Virus record (IMG/VR): IMGVR_UViG_3300046010_001786
Reading direction: 5' to 3' (one strand)
DNA: 64,000 nt
From: an uncultured virus (IMG/VR IMGVR_UViG_3300046010_001786)
Lineage: Duplodnaviria > Heunggongvirae > Uroviricota > Caudoviricetes
Position numbers and translations under genes: made by a program. Below the pieces are notes generated by a model. The model saw only the letters and a list, made by a program, of their open reading frames with translations, had not been told where the DNA came from and made no database searches. Shown piece after piece: positions 18,938-28,981 of the stretch (the first letter of the stretch is position 1; each line of letters opens with the position of its first letter).

Positions 18938-20437
18938 TCAGTAATAAGGCTCGCGCCTTTTAAATTGTTGCGGTTCATCCTCGATGTCTAACTCGACACG
19001 TATAAATCCGCCTTTTCTAAATCTCATCAACGCCAAAGAGACAGTATCGACGTAGTCATCATGTTCTCCGCCAGGAAAAGACGCAACCTCGTCAACAACT
19101 TCTTCGGCCCATCTCTTATTAGGAGCCCAAACGCGCCCAGAGGCAAATATATCGGAGATTGCATTCAATCTGGTAATTTTGTCGTTGCCCCTAACAGGCG
19201 TGAAATCCTGCACAGGAATGCCCATCGCTCGTAATTCATAGATCAACGGCGCACCAGATGCCTTCTTTTCAATGATTACAGAGTCTGGCTCCCACTCTTT
19301 GTACTCTTCTATCGCCCTTCTCTTCAAAGTTGGGAACTCCATCCTGTCTCTGAAGGCGTTTAAAAGAATGATGTTCGTCTGTGTGACCCCATTGTCATCA
19401 GGATGTTGAAAAATTCCCCATAAGGTACACGCCGAGTAGTCAGCTCGGTTGTTTGCTTCAAATGCTGTATCCCACGCCATTAAAGTGAACTCACAATACG
19501 GAGGGCTTTCCCCTTCCCAGACGTTCCACCACTCTCTTTTGATGATCGCCGCGGACTCAGATGTCGGGTTTTGTTGGTACTGCGCCATCCATTTACTGTT
19601 AGGCAGTTCGTTTCTTAATGCTTGTAGTTCTTCTATCGGCCAGAACTCAGGCCACAAAGGCTTACTCGACGGCAAAATGGCAGGAAACTCTATGACTTCC
19701 CACTCGTCGCCCTCCCTCTGAGCGCTTGCCTTCAACACTTGCCCCGTAAGATCTCTCTTCGACCATCTGGTCATTACTACGACTATGGCCCCGCCAGGTT
19801 GTAACCGCTGTCTTGGGCCGGACGTAAACCACTCATACGTCTTGTCATAGATCTCAGGATTGATCTCAGCCAAGGCGGCCTCTTGTTCCGAGTGAGGATC
19901 GTCAATAATTAGTAGATCGGCACCTTTACCTGTAACAGCACCCCCAATACCAATAGCAAAATACTCCCCGTTCGCATTCGTGGACCACCGTCCTGCCGCC
20001 TTAGAGTCTTGCCGTAGCGCCACATTTGGGAAGATCTTCGTATACACCTCGCTATCCACTAGGTTCCTGACCTTTCGGCCAAAACCAACAGCAAGTTCTG
20101 CCGTGTGGGAGGTCTGAATAATCTTTTTATCTGGGAACCTTCCCAGAAACCACGCTGGCAAGAGAAAGGACGCGAACTCCGACTTCGTATGCCGTGGAGG
20201 CATATTGATGATCAACCTCTTTAACTTGCCCGAGGCGATCTCTTCAAACTTCTTCGCCATGACAGCATGGTGCCTCCCAGAGATAAATCCCGGCCACATG
20301 GTCTTCACAAAGGCTAAGAACTTCTCTTGTCCTTGCTCCCTCTTAAGCGCGTCTTGATACTGAAGCGCCATCTCTAAAAGAGACGCTCGATCCCCATCGG
20401 GCAGTTGATCTATCAGCTCAAGAATCTTCGGGTTCAA
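18938..20437 (-). CDS. terL: Terminase large subunit
   Basis: IINMPPRHTKSE (Walker A), LLIIDDP (Walker B), VMTRW, WDTA and HDDYVD nuclease motifs. Confidence 0.95.
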   Translation of the reverse strand: MNPKILELIDQLPDGDRASLLEMALQYQDALKREQGQEKFLAFVKTMWPGFISGRHHAVMAKKFEEIASGKLKRLIINMPPRHTKSEFASFLLPAWFLGRFPDKKIIQTSHTAELAVGFGRKVRNLVDSEVYTKIFPNVALRQDSKAAGRWSTNANGEYFAIGIGGAVTGKGADLLIIDDPHSEQEAALAEINPEIYDKTYEWFTSGPRQRLQPGGAIVVVMTRWSKRDLTGQVLKASAQREGDEWEVIEFPAILPSSKPLWPEFWPIEELQALRNELPNSKWMAQYQQNPTSESAAIIKREWWNVWEGESPPYCEFTLMAWDTAFEANNRADYSACTLWGIFQHPDDNGVTQTNIILLNAFRDRMEFPTLKRRAIEEYKEWEPDSVIIEKKASGAPLIYELRAMGIPVQDFTPVRGNDKITRLNAISDIFASGRVWAPNKRWAEEVVDEVASFPGGEHDDYVDTVSLALMRFRKGGFIRVELDIEDEPQQFKRREPYY

Positions 20438-20654
20438 TCTTATGCACTCTCAAATAAGCAGGCCGAACTGATCTCGCTCTATTAGGCAAACCCTTCAAAT
20501 GCCCCGCCCGCAAAAGGGACCGGATCTTCCTATGCACATTTCCTCGTCCTTTGTCTCCGGTAATCATCATGATTTCATCTATCGAAGGCCCGAACCCAAA
20601 CTTGTTCCACCAGCCATCAATGACCTGATAAATCTCTCTCTGTGCGTCCGTCAT
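20418..20654 (-). CDS. LexA DNA-binding-domain-like winged-helix protein (no protease domain)
   Basis: MTDAQREIY..I...GFGPSIDEI...G.KGRGNVHRKIRSL...G.L....RARSVR matches the LexA N-terminal pattern. Confidence 0.7.
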   Translation of the reverse strand: MTDAQREIYQVIDGWWNKFGFGPSIDEIMMITGDKGRGNVHRKIRSLLRAGHLKGLPNRARSVRPAYLRVHKIEPEDS

Positions 20655-20660
20655 ATCTAC

Positions 20661-20781
20661 TGTAACTTTTGTTACAAACTATAACAATGTTACGTACTGT
20701 AACAGCCTGTTACAGTTACATCCCCACTGTAACACCCTGTTACAGTTGAAAATCGTCTTGTCAACTGTAACATTTGTTACA
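20661..20781. repeat. Cluster of 5 TGTAACA-N1-3-TGTTACA palindromes
   Basis: Sites start at 20661, 20680, 20698, 20728 and 20766; the first 57 bp match 39041-39097 at 52/57. Confidence 0.95.
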
Positions 20782-21553
20782 CCCCACCCTTTTCGGGGGA
20801 CCCATTTTCGATAGGGGGGGTGTTTTCTATAACGTCCTCTGGGCCAAGGGTGGAGGTTTTGGAGGGGGGAGGGGGGTCAAAACCATCTTGCAAACCAATG
20901 TGCGGATTACTATGCGTAGTATTACCCGCCGCATCGCTGACAATCTGGGGGGTGGGGGTGGCGTCCTCGTCGTCTGCCGCGTTTCGCATGGGGGTGGGTG
21001 CCAGCTCTGCCATTAGATCATCCGCCTGTACATCGATGGCATTGGATTGCATGGCGAGCCTGAGCGTAGCGAGTAGTTTCTCCTTGGCGTCTGCCGCGTC
21101 TGTAACTTTCACAATCTCTCGTCTCTCAGTGAATGCCGCGACCTCAGTCACTTGCCCCAAAGCCTTTAATGCTTGGACGCGCGTGGCCGGTGGGAAGTCC
21201 TCATTGAGCGCCGCCTGGGTCAGCTGGTGGATGACTAGGGCACGCAAGTGTGCAGGGGTTTGATACTTCTGCGCCTCAATAGCCGCCTTAAACGCTTCCG
21301 CCTGCGCCTGCACCGCGTCCCGCTTCATTAGTGCCTGGCCCCTTCTGCTCTGAGTCTCCGGCTTTGCTTTGCTCCCTGGCCTGCTCTTACGGTATGCCCC
21401 GGCCTTACTCTCCCCCATGGCAATAGCCCTGGCGAATTCTCTGTCCTTCGCGGATAGCTTGATTTCACCGGTAGCACCAGCCGAACCCAGTAGGACGACA
21501 TCGATAGGTACATTCTCCAATGCTTCCTTAATAGACTTGCGAGAGAGTTTCAT
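20777..21553 (-). CDS. Putative terminase small subunit
   Basis: LSAKDREFARAIAMGESKAGAYRK HTH-like start, RVQALKALG; upstream of TerL. Confidence 0.65.
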   Translation of the reverse strand: MKLSRKSIKEALENVPIDVVLLGSAGATGEIKLSAKDREFARAIAMGESKAGAYRKSRPGSKAKPETQSRRGQALMKRDAVQAQAEAFKAAIEAQKYQTPAHLRALVIHQLTQAALNEDFPPATRVQALKALGQVTEVAAFTERREIVKVTDAADAKEKLLATLRLAMQSNAIDVQADDLMAELAPTPMRNAADDEDATPTPQIVSDAAGNTTHSNPHIGLQDGFDPPPPSKTSTLGPEDVIENTPPIENGSPEKGGV

Positions 21554-21743
21554 TTCAGCCTTCCGCCCTTCGGGCTAAACACCCCGCGCGACCACCGCCG
21601 CACCCGGGTACAAATAGGGAATAGCCGAATCCTATCAATTACCGCAACCGATTGCAAAATATCATGGCACCGACCTGGGAACTAGGGCTTGACTTGCAAT
21701 ATCATAGCAACACCGACACAAAACAACGGAGAGCATCACCAAT

Positions 21744-21887
21744 ATGAAAACCGCCTTCTATCTACTGATCGCCTGCATTGCCGCCTTTGCCCTGGCTGGA
21801 GACTTTAGCCCGTTTGCCTTGCGTGCAGTCGCAGGATTCACCATTGCAACCGTGTTTTTCTTTGCCCTTTTATCCCTTCACAAATAG
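21744..21887 (+). CDS. Small 47-aa membrane peptide
   Basis: MKTAFYLLIACIAAFALAGDFSPFALRAVAGFTIATVFFFALLSLHK; GGAG upstream. Confidence 0.5.
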   Translation: MKTAFYLLIACIAAFALAGDFSPFALRAVAGFTIATVFFFALLSLHK

Positions 21888-21899
21888 GAGAGCGCCCTC

Positions 21900-22193
21900 G
21901 TGCATATATTCCTTAGCCCTACTTGCCAACTAAGCGCCGCGGTCAGCGCTTTAGGCTATAAGCCAGACGCGACCGCATGGGAGAGCGTTTGCCATTCCAA
22001 AGAATCGTTCGCCTGGATTGCCTACGAAGAAAACCGATGGGTCAGCCGATGGACTAGCGAAAAACGCGTTCGCAAGTGGATTTTGCGCGTATATCAGCCT
22101 GGGCGCTCTGGTCTTGCGAACACCATCGAAAAAGCTTACGCGTCACTTGATGCCGCAAAAAAAGCGGCAGAACAATATTTTTTAGGAGAGTAA
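21900..22193 (+). CDS. Hypothetical early-region protein
   Basis: AGGAG RBS, GTG start. Confidence 0.55.
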   Translation: MHIFLSPTCQLSAAVSALGYKPDATAWESVCHSKESFAWIAYEENRWVSRWTSEKRVRKWILRVYQPGRSGLANTIEKAYASLDAAKKAAEQYFLGE

Positions 22194-22197
22194 ACCA

Positions 22198-22401
22198 ATG
22201 AAATACCGCAGACCGCCCTACTTTACCGCCGCCCGCTTCAATAGCGTTTGCCCCGAGACGGGCAAGGCAATCGGCATTGGCGACCGTATAGCCTACTTCC
22301 CGGCCACTAAAAAGGCATACCACGCCGAGAGCGAACACGCCTCAATCGTGCGCGGCCTAGAGTTTAGCGCCGCCTTCAATATGGCCGATGCCAATTATTA
22401 A
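22198..22401 (+). CDS. Hypothetical early-region protein
   Basis: AGGAG RBS; ARFNSVCPETGKAI..GD.I.Y motif. Confidence 0.65.
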   Translation: MKYRRPPYFTAARFNSVCPETGKAIGIGDRIAYFPATKKAYHAESEHASIVRGLEFSAAFNMADANY

Positions 22402-22418
22402 ACCCCCAGGAGAAAACC

Positions 22419-22778
22419 ATGCGAGATTATTTTGAACTTGACTCAACCCCCACCGACGAACCATGCGCCGCCGTGGGCGCCGACGACTACGCAAAACGCG
22501 CACGCCTTGAATGCCGCGCGTATATCGATCAACTAGAGCGAACTTTCCCCCAGGCGATTGACGCGGGAGTCTACTTTACGACCCGCCGCCACGCGCACGA
22601 TTTCGGCACCTATTACACCGTGGCCATTTGTTACAACGACGAAGACGAAACCGAAACACGCGCCGCGTATGAAATCGAAGGGAACATGCCCGCGCATTGG
22701 GACGAGGACGCCCGCAACTATTTAGCCGCCAACGGCTACGACACCGTGCCGCGCGGCTGGGGAACCGTCACCGTATAA
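22419..22778 (+). CDS. Hypothetical early-region protein
   Basis: AGGAG RBS; TP.DEPCA.VG...HDFGTY motif. Confidence 0.7.
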   Translation: MRDYFELDSTPTDEPCAAVGADDYAKRARLECRAYIDQLERTFPQAIDAGVYFTTRRHAHDFGTYYTVAICYNDEDETETRAAYEIEGNMPAHWDEDARNYLAANGYDTVPRGWGTVTV

Positions 22779-22785
22779 ACCACAC

Positions 22786-22805
22786 GCCCGGGAAACCGGG
22801 CTTTT
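22786..22805 (+). terminator. Short intrinsic terminator/processing hairpin
   Basis: GCCCGG-GAAA-CCGGGC-TTTT. Confidence 0.55.
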
Positions 22806-22817
22806 CTGGAGAGTCTT

Positions 22818-23510
22818 ATGCTAAAAACCGTCCGCATATCCCAAAACTCAAAGACCGGCCCGATTGCCACAACATACCGCGCAGGGCACCGTAGCACATA
22901 CGGAACATGCCCCAAGACTTGCGGGTTACACCCAGCACCCGAGACGGGAACGGAAACCATCGACGCCGAATACTTGGCCGCACTCCTGGACGCCGTGCCC
23001 CCACGCGGGCAAGCCTGGACATATTCACACTTTCCCGCCGACAAATTGCCACGCCCCACGCCTGGCAAAACTGTAGTTAATGTATCGTGCGATACCATGG
23101 ACGCCGCGGTCGATGCCCTGGAGAGCGGACGCCCTGCCGTAGTGGCCGCTCCCACGGGTACAGAGTGGAAGGGGGTTTCCTATCGGGGCACGCGCTTTAT
23201 TCGGTGCCCTGCCGAACTGTCCGACAACTTCACTTGCATGCAATGCGGGAACGGGCGCCCGCTATGCGCCCGACCCGAGCGGGATTATGTGATTGTTTTT
23301 GTAGCGCATGGGCCCGGAGCGAAGAAGGTGGGTTATGACACGCCGGGCGGATGCTATGGCGATGGCGGGAAGGTGGCCATTGCCTGGCACGGAACCCGGA
23401 AAACCGGGGCACCCAATGACGCGGAGACCGTGCGAAACTTTGCCCGCTCGCTCCCCCCGGGCAGTCTACTGCGGCACCATATCGCCGGGGATTTAGGCGC
23501 CGAAATTTAA
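22818..23510 (+). CDS. Cys-rich conserved phage protein
   Basis: NSKTGPI, TCP.TC, CPA...C..C.....LC, GGCY and RHHIAGD motifs. Confidence 0.7.
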   Translation: MLKTVRISQNSKTGPIATTYRAGHRSTYGTCPKTCGLHPAPETGTETIDAEYLAALLDAVPPRGQAWTYSHFPADKLPRPTPGKTVVNVSCDTMDAAVDALESGRPAVVAAPTGTEWKGVSYRGTRFIRCPAELSDNFTCMQCGNGRPLCARPERDYVIVFVAHGPGAKKVGYDTPGGCYGDGGKVAIAWHGTRKTGAPNDAETVRNFARSLPPGSLLRHHIAGDLGAEI

Positions 23511-23527
23511 CCAGGAGATCATATAGC

Positions 23528-23863
23528 ATGTACGAAACACCCTATATATTAGAAGTGTCCGCCCCCATGGGGAAACTATTGACGCCGATTCGACGCAAGG
23601 AAAACGCTTTCACTCGGGGCTCGGAATGGTTCGACGGCCCGTGTCTATTCCCTGGCCAAAAATGGGCTCTCGATGCCTGGCTGGAATGTAACCACGCAAC
23701 GCAAACCATCTTTTATCGAATGATCGAGACGCCAACGACCGCGGGCACGCTGGATTATACGGACGAGGAACCATGGACAACCGTCGATTGGAGAGTGCTA
23801 GGCCAAGACGGGCGCCCGGTGGAGTGGGACGAACTAGACCGATTTTTTAACCCTGAGGAGTAG
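23528..23863 (+). CDS. Hypothetical protein
   Basis: AGGAG RBS; fills the operon. Confidence 0.55.
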   Translation: MYETPYILEVSAPMGKLLTPIRRKENAFTRGSEWFDGPCLFPGQKWALDAWLECNHATQTIFYRMIETPTTAGTLDYTDEEPWTTVDWRVLGQDGRPVEWDELDRFFNPEE

Positions 23864-23866
23864 ACC

Positions 23867-24139
23867 ATGCAGACTTTTACTTTTTATTCTGACCCTGGCC
23901 ATGGCTGGCTGGCCGTGCCGCGCGAACTACTGCACGAACTAGGCATCGCCGACGAAATCAGCGGATGCTCGCGCCAACGGCTGGAGACCGTTTTCCTAGA
24001 GGAGGACTCCGACCTTTTCAGGTTTACCCGTGCAATGGGCGCCGCCGGCCGTGAGTTTAAAACCCTAGAGGTTAACGAGCCCCGCTCTGATTCCTTCGTT
24101 CGGTCGCTGCCGTCCTATCGCGCGGAGGTTCGGTCATGA
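23867..24139 (+). CDS. Conserved small phage protein (DPGHGWL motif)
   Basis: FYSDPGHGWLAVP...FLEEDSD. Confidence 0.7.
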   Translation: MQTFTFYSDPGHGWLAVPRELLHELGIADEISGCSRQRLETVFLEEDSDLFRFTRAMGAAGREFKTLEVNEPRSDSFVRSLPSYRAEVRS

Positions 24140-24543
24140 GCAAAACAAACTACATGTACACCATTGCCGCCGATTTCACCGTGGAAGTACCCGCGGGCAA
24201 GTATTGGCTCTGTGATCCCTGCTATGCCGTGGACAGCGAATTGTGGGACGCGCTTTTGGATTCTTGCGCGGTATTCGATCTGCCGGTCGGGACCGTGAAG
24301 AAAAACGGCCAGAAGTACCAAGTATTAGGCTTTAGAACGGCTTACGGGGACGGGGTGTACCGTGACCAAGCCGGGAATTCTTTCCCGGTCGACGCGGGAT
24401 TAATCGGCCTGACGCCTGTGGAACTGACCGATGGCCATCCCTTTGGGGCGACCCTGGTGGAGTTTAAGACAGACACCGAGTGTTCTTGCAGCAATGGGGT
24501 TTTACGATTCGGCACCCACACCATCAACACAAAGGACGATTGA
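24136..24543 (+). CDS. Hypothetical protein (DUF4241-like motifs)
   Basis: DPCY, TAYGDGVY and FPVDAGLIG motifs. Confidence 0.6.
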   Translation: MSKTNYMYTIAADFTVEVPAGKYWLCDPCYAVDSELWDALLDSCAVFDLPVGTVKKNGQKYQVLGFRTAYGDGVYRDQAGNSFPVDAGLIGLTPVELTDGHPFGATLVEFKTDTECSCSNGVLRFGTHTINTKDD

Positions 24544-24545
24544 CA

Positions 24546-24782
24546 ATGAACATAACGCAATGGGCAACGCTGGCATCAGATCGGCTCCTGGGCCGACGCA
24601 TAACGGGCGTGCGATACATGACCGAACGAGAGAAAAACGATCTAGCCTGGGACTGTAGAGCCCTGGTGCTGGAACTCGACGACGGGTCGCAGGTTATCCC
24701 GTCCGCTGATTGTGAGGGCAACGCTCCGGGTGCCCTGTTCCTCGTCTCCCATAAGGGCTATGAGACCCTGCCGCCCTACTAG
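24546..24782 (+). CDS. Hypothetical protein
   Basis: MNITQW...LLGRRI..VRYMT...PSADCEGNAPGALF; start refined from the ORF track. Confidence 0.6.
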   Translation: MNITQWATLASDRLLGRRITGVRYMTEREKNDLAWDCRALVLELDDGSQVIPSADCEGNAPGALFLVSHKGYETLPPY

Positions 24783-24877
24783 GAGGAAACCATGGGCCAA
24801 ATTATTTTTATCTTCTATTTCATCGTCCTGACGATATGCGCCGGGTTGATTTATCTAAATATATTAGGGGTCTGATC

Positions 24878-25150
24878 ATGAACGAAACGCTTTATATGCT
24901 GGACACCATCAAACCGAAATGGAAGGCGCTTGCCTTTGAGCATTTCGTTAGCCATTGGAACCATGAAGAGTTTACCGCTTCGGCTGCGTTCGATTATTTG
25001 CTGAAGTGTACGTGCGATGAATTAGAAGGGGTCGTAGATGCTCTGGGGGTTGTCTGGTGGAGTCCATTTGACCGAACCAGCGACCGAGATATTACAGACG
25101 CGATGCTATGCCTGGCCGAATCGATGCAGACCTGCGAGGGGAGATCATGA
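24878..25150 (+). CDS. Hypothetical protein
   Basis: In-operon ORF; start uncertain. Confidence 0.45.
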   Translation: MNETLYMLDTIKPKWKALAFEHFVSHWNHEEFTASAAFDYLLKCTCDELEGVVDALGVVWWSPFDRTSDRDITDAMLCLAESMQTCEGRS

Positions 25151-25308
25151 AGAAAAGAGTCTATGTTTTGTTGTCCGGCAGCGATGTTTACGGGGTTTAC
25201 CCATCGGTTGTCGCCGCCGAATCTGCCGCTCGCCAATTTGAGCGCGACGGGTCACTCACCAGCGGGTGGGTCGTTGAATCAACTTACTTGTACGGGGAGG
25301 CATCATGA
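25147..25308 (+). CDS. Hypothetical protein
   Basis: MKKRVYVLL...; GGAG RBS and ATGA coupling. Confidence 0.5.
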   Translation: MKKRVYVLLSGSDVYGVYPSVVAAESAARQFERDGSLTSGWVVESTYLYGEAS

Positions 25309-25438
25309 ACTGGTTGAGAGATCTGTTCTTTGCGGATTCCTGGGCTGAGTTTTGGGCGAATCTGTTTGTGAGTGCGGGGATGCTGGCCGGGCTCTGGGTT
25401 TTTCTGTGGGCCGTGATGATCTTCTTTGAGGTCCCGCT

Positions 25439-25717
25439 ATGAATCTTCGGCAAGGCGGTGGCCGCGTACCTGTTCCAGGCCGGGGGGAAACCCCCTGGCT
25501 ACTGGTTCCCATGCCTGATCGTGAGGCCTTTGATGCGCTTTACCCCAGACATACCCCAGACCAGCGGGATAGGTTACATTCGATCATGATCATGAGGCTA
25601 GGCGGTGCGATGCTGGAGGAGTGCGGTCGAGCCCATGGAATAACACGCGAACGGGTCAGGCAGATCGAGGCAAAGTTTCAGCGTCTTCTCGCCGGGCATC
25701 TATCAAAACTCTCTTAA
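25439..25717 (+). CDS. Sigma-70 region-4-like HTH protein
   Basis: LEECGRAHGITRERVRQIEAK. Confidence 0.75.
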   Translation: MNLRQGGGRVPVPGRGETPWLLVPMPDREAFDALYPRHTPDQRDRLHSIMIMRLGGAMLEECGRAHGITRERVRQIEAKFQRLLAGHLSKLS

Positions 25718-26480
25718 GTGATTGTGAGGCATGAAAAACACCCACGGCCAAGTGCAGATCGTTGAAATCGTGCCCGACTGTGGGTGGCAGAAAGTACGGC
25801 TTGCCTATTTCCCTAGCGGTTCTCTCACCCACGCCGGACGCGTCATTGTCTGCGATGACGATTCCACCATCGAAGGCCCGACATACTTCCTTCATGTTTC
25901 CTGCCGAGAACGCCACATGGATTCGGTATCGAATCTTTATAGCCTGCATAACGGCACGCACCGAAAGAGCAGTAGCGAAACCCTCGCAGAATATGTCAAT
26001 CCCTTTTGCATCGATTGTGAACGATGCGCCCTTCGTGATCTGACCGTGCAGGAACTTCTTTTCCCCATCACCGCTTATGAGTTGGCATCCGACCAGTCGG
26101 CCCGCCCTTCTCATCGGTATAACTAGCTTTCCCTGCCAGACATTGCCCCGTTCTTCGGGGAATCCCTTTCGTTCCAGATATGGGTGCGTCTCGGTCGTGC
26201 ATTGCTTGAGAATCCATGCCGCCTTCTGCGCCGCCTTCTGGGCTAGTTCTTCCCGGTCATCCTTCTGGACATAAGACTTGATCGTGAGCGGAGCCTGGCC
26301 CTTCCACATCTCGGGCTTGTCCATCGTCGCCCAGTTTTGAACCCAGCCCACATCCCCGATAACTTTGTAACGCCCGTTACGCTTGTGAGGGTGGTCTGTC
26401 GTGGGCACGGCCACCCATCGATGCGGGATAGTGTGATTGATGATGAGACCATGAGCCCTGGCAAAGTCTTCAAATGTCAC
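25656..26480 (-). CDS. TOPRIM-domain primase
   Basis: HPYLERKG, LVIPM, CEGFATALS, IVIADND, DFND. Confidence 0.85.
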   Translation of the reverse strand: MTFEDFARAHGLIINHTIPHRWVAVPTTDHPHKRNGRYKVIGDVGWVQNWATMDKPEMWKGQAPLTIKSYVQKDDREELAQKAAQKAAWILKQCTTETHPYLERKGFPEERGNVWQGKLVIPMRRAGRLVGCQLISGDGEKKFLHGQITKGASFTIDAKGIDIFCEGFATALSVRAVMQAIKIRYRIHVAFSAGNMKEVCRAFDGGIVIADNDASGVGERTAREIGKPYFLPPTVGHDFNDLHLAVGVFHASQSLKRVLIDARREDAETLPRSA

Positions 26481-27952
26481 GCCGTCTTCCTCCTCTGACT
26501 CTTGGCCCAGGCAATCTGTCGGCTACGAATCCAGTTCATGATCTTAAGATCGGGAACCAGGGTCTTTTCCTCGAGGCCGCGGGGCCAGACGCCGAAACGC
26601 TCTTTGTACTTGTGTGCTGCCCACCCTCTGTTATATCCCCGGTCATTGGAAATGTAGAGGAGTTGACTGTAGAACGCCTGCCTGTCGTCTCGGTTGCCCG
26701 CCCCCAGCTCTTCCATCTCTCCGGGGACTGACTGAATGGCCGAGAGTCTTTGCCGAACATGACCACACGCCGCGCATACATCTGCCTTAGCTGGCCAGAG
26801 AAACCCACACGCGGGGCATTTGCTTTCCTTCTTTTCCTTCTCGGTCGGTTCCTTGCGGGGCTTGTCCACCGTGCTGTCGAGCTCGTCCACGCCTTCCGCG
26901 TAAACCTTGTCCCAGTCGTCACGGAATCGAAGGTAATTGCCCGAGTGATCGAGCCAGACGCCAAACTCTTTGTCCCGATACGAACGCATGACGCGGCCCA
27001 TCTGCTGGACATGGGAGGAAAGAGACTTGGAAAAGGGGCGGGCAGACACGCCGATCATCACATCAGGAACATCAAAACCGCGAGTTAGTATGTCCGTGGC
27101 GATGAGCCCGTGAATCTCCGTGTCTGGTTTACTGAAGTCTGCGATGGCGTCGCGCTTGAACTCGTCGTCATCCTTGTAACTGATGGACACAAAGTTGTAT
27201 CCATGTCTGGCGAATTGTTCCACCAGGTCAGACCCGTGGGCTACGCCTGCACAGAAAACGATTGTCTTGCGCGGGCCACCAAAGATCTCATGCGTTTTCT
27301 TGATCCAGGTCTCGACAATATCCCCGGTCAGCTTGATGCCGCGCTCTGTTACTTCGTCGGTTGACCACTCGCCTGCTACCTTCTTCGCGCCGGTCATGTC
27401 GATCTCTTTGGCAATGAATACCCTCAAGGGGGCCAGCCATTTGTTGGTGACTAGGAACTCAGTCGGACTACCTGTCACGACATGGGTGTACACATCCCCC
27501 AGACCTTTTGTGAATGGGGTAGCAGTCAGGCCAATGACCTTCATGTTCGGGCGAGACTTTATGAACTCTATGGTCTGCCGCCGGGCGATATGACACTCGT
27601 CAACGATGAGCAGATCTGTCTCGGGGAAGTTGTCCCTGCGCTCAAGGGTCTGAGCTGAACAGACCTGAAGTCTTTCGAGTGGACGGTAGCGCCAGTGATT
27701 AGCCTGGTAGACGCCGTGATCTAGCTTGTACTTGTCTAGCCTCTGGCTTGTCTGATCGACCAGAACGATTCGATCCATCAACATCACGGCCCGCTTGTAG
27801 TTCTCTGCCGTGGCTTTCATCAGATAGATCGAGCACTCCGTCTTGCCATAGCCTGTAGGGGCGTAGAGTAACTGGCAGCGGTGGCCCTTCTTGAAGCCTT
27901 CGCGTAACTGATCGATGGCTTTCATCTGATGCTCTCGTAACATCAGTTCCAT
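26477..27952 (-). CDS. Superfamily 2 (DExH, SSL2-like) helicase
   Basis: APTGYGKT, DECH, LTATP, GFDVPD, QQMGRVMR, C-terminal CPAC..CAAC. Confidence 0.9.
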   Translation of the reverse strand: MELMLREHQMKAIDQLREGFKKGHRCQLLYAPTGYGKTECSIYLMKATAENYKRAVMLMDRIVLVDQTSQRLDKYKLDHGVYQANHWRYRPLERLQVCSAQTLERRDNFPETDLLIVDECHIARRQTIEFIKSRPNMKVIGLTATPFTKGLGDVYTHVVTGSPTEFLVTNKWLAPLRVFIAKEIDMTGAKKVAGEWSTDEVTERGIKLTGDIVETWIKKTHEIFGGPRKTIVFCAGVAHGSDLVEQFARHGYNFVSISYKDDDEFKRDAIADFSKPDTEIHGLIATDILTRGFDVPDVMIGVSARPFSKSLSSHVQQMGRVMRSYRDKEFGVWLDHSGNYLRFRDDWDKVYAEGVDELDSTVDKPRKEPTEKEKKESKCPACGFLWPAKADVCAACGHVRQRLSAIQSVPGEMEELGAGNRDDRQAFYSQLLYISNDRGYNRGWAAHKYKERFGVWPRGLEEKTLVPDLKIMNWIRSRQIAWAKSQRRKTA

Positions 27953-28000
27953 GGTTTTCTCTCCTGCCAGGATTCCCCCCTGGCGTGGGCTTTGGTAAAA

Positions 28001-28156
28001 CTATTTGGCTATCAATGCCTGTATGAGTTCTGCCGATAGGATCTTAATATCAGCGGCGAGCTTCAATGCCTTCTCTTTATCGCCCTCTGTCGCCTCCCGA
28101 TAGAAGGCAACCATCACTAACTTTATGTCTTGGTACACCTCGGAATAGTCTCTCAT
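28001..28156 (-). CDS. Small hypothetical protein
   Basis: MRDYSEVYQDIKLVMVAFYREATEGDKEKALKLAADIKILSAELIQALIAK; ATGA coupling. Confidence 0.5.
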   Translation of the reverse strand: MRDYSEVYQDIKLVMVAFYREATEGDKEKALKLAADIKILSAELIQALIAK

Positions 28157-28980
28157 TCGCCACCCATCTTTTTAATCTTGGCCTTCAAGGAGTTTACCGT
28201 CTTCAATAACTCCGCCGCCTTTTGTTGGTGAATGTCCCTAGATTCCCGCAGCGCATCAATCTCGATGTCCTTCAATCGGATCTGTTCCCGCAGGTCTTTG
28301 ATCGTCTCCTCCACATCGGCCTTCTCTATGTCCGAGGCATCGAACTGACCCACGGCGATAGCATCTTTCAATCGATCATTCTCTTCCGATAGTTTATTGA
28401 TTGTGTCTATCAGCTCTGCCGATTGATTGTCTTCTTCTATCTCTTCCTCGGGATCGGCCTTTTTAGGCGCTCTGGGCGTCTTGCCAATGGCTGTGGTATC
28501 CATGGTCGCTTCTACCCCTGCGCGGGTGTAGGAGACCTCTTTGGGGGCTTCCTCAAGGGAGGATTTGATACGGCTCACGGTCATGTGTGAGCAGCCGATA
28601 TGCTCAGCCATCTTCCGGGTAGACCATGATCCCCAGACAGAGTGTTTGACCATCCGCGTAATCATCTCTTTGAGATCGTCTTTGGTGTACGACAGGCCGC
28701 GTCGTGCGCCCGCCCCCAAAGCAAAGAGGGTGGCATCATCTACGGTTCCCTTGTGCGTCTCTACTTCGATCTCTAATCCGCCGTTCTGCCGGGTTGCAAA
28801 GTAGCGGTGGAACCCATCGGCCAGCCAGTTATGTTTGCCGTCATTGAAGACGACGACAGGCGGGAAGACTGACCCGTCCTGCATCTGCTGCGCGTACTCG
28901 TTAATGGTCTCTTGATTGTTCTTGGCGCGGGCCTGCGTGTCGCCATCGATACGAATCTCGGTAAGTTTTAGTTTGGTCAT
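28153..28980 (-). CDS. ParB/Srx-like N-domain + HTH + coiled-coil protein
   Basis: TQAR...FPPVVV...LADGFHRY (ParB box II-like GxHR); STRKMAEHIGCSHMTVSRIK HTH; start refined to MTKLKL. Confidence 0.75.
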   Translation of the reverse strand: MTKLKLTEIRIDGDTQARAKNNQETINEYAQQMQDGSVFPPVVVFNDGKHNWLADGFHRYFATRQNGGLEIEVETHKGTVDDATLFALGAGARRGLSYTKDDLKEMITRMVKHSVWGSWSTRKMAEHIGCSHMTVSRIKSSLEEAPKEVSYTRAGVEATMDTTAIGKTPRAPKKADPEEEIEEDNQSAELIDTINKLSEENDRLKDAIAVGQFDASDIEKADVEETIKDLREQIRLKDIEIDALRESRDIHQQKAAELLKTVNSLKAKIKKMGGE

Positions 28981-28981
28981 T

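Noticed and set aside
20661..20781. Palindromes as classical SOS boxes or NtcA sites
   Set aside because: CTGT...ACAG spacing is 9-11, not 8. GTA-N8-TAC fits only the N2 form, and the conserved inner ACA/TGT and in-gene copies are not explained by it.
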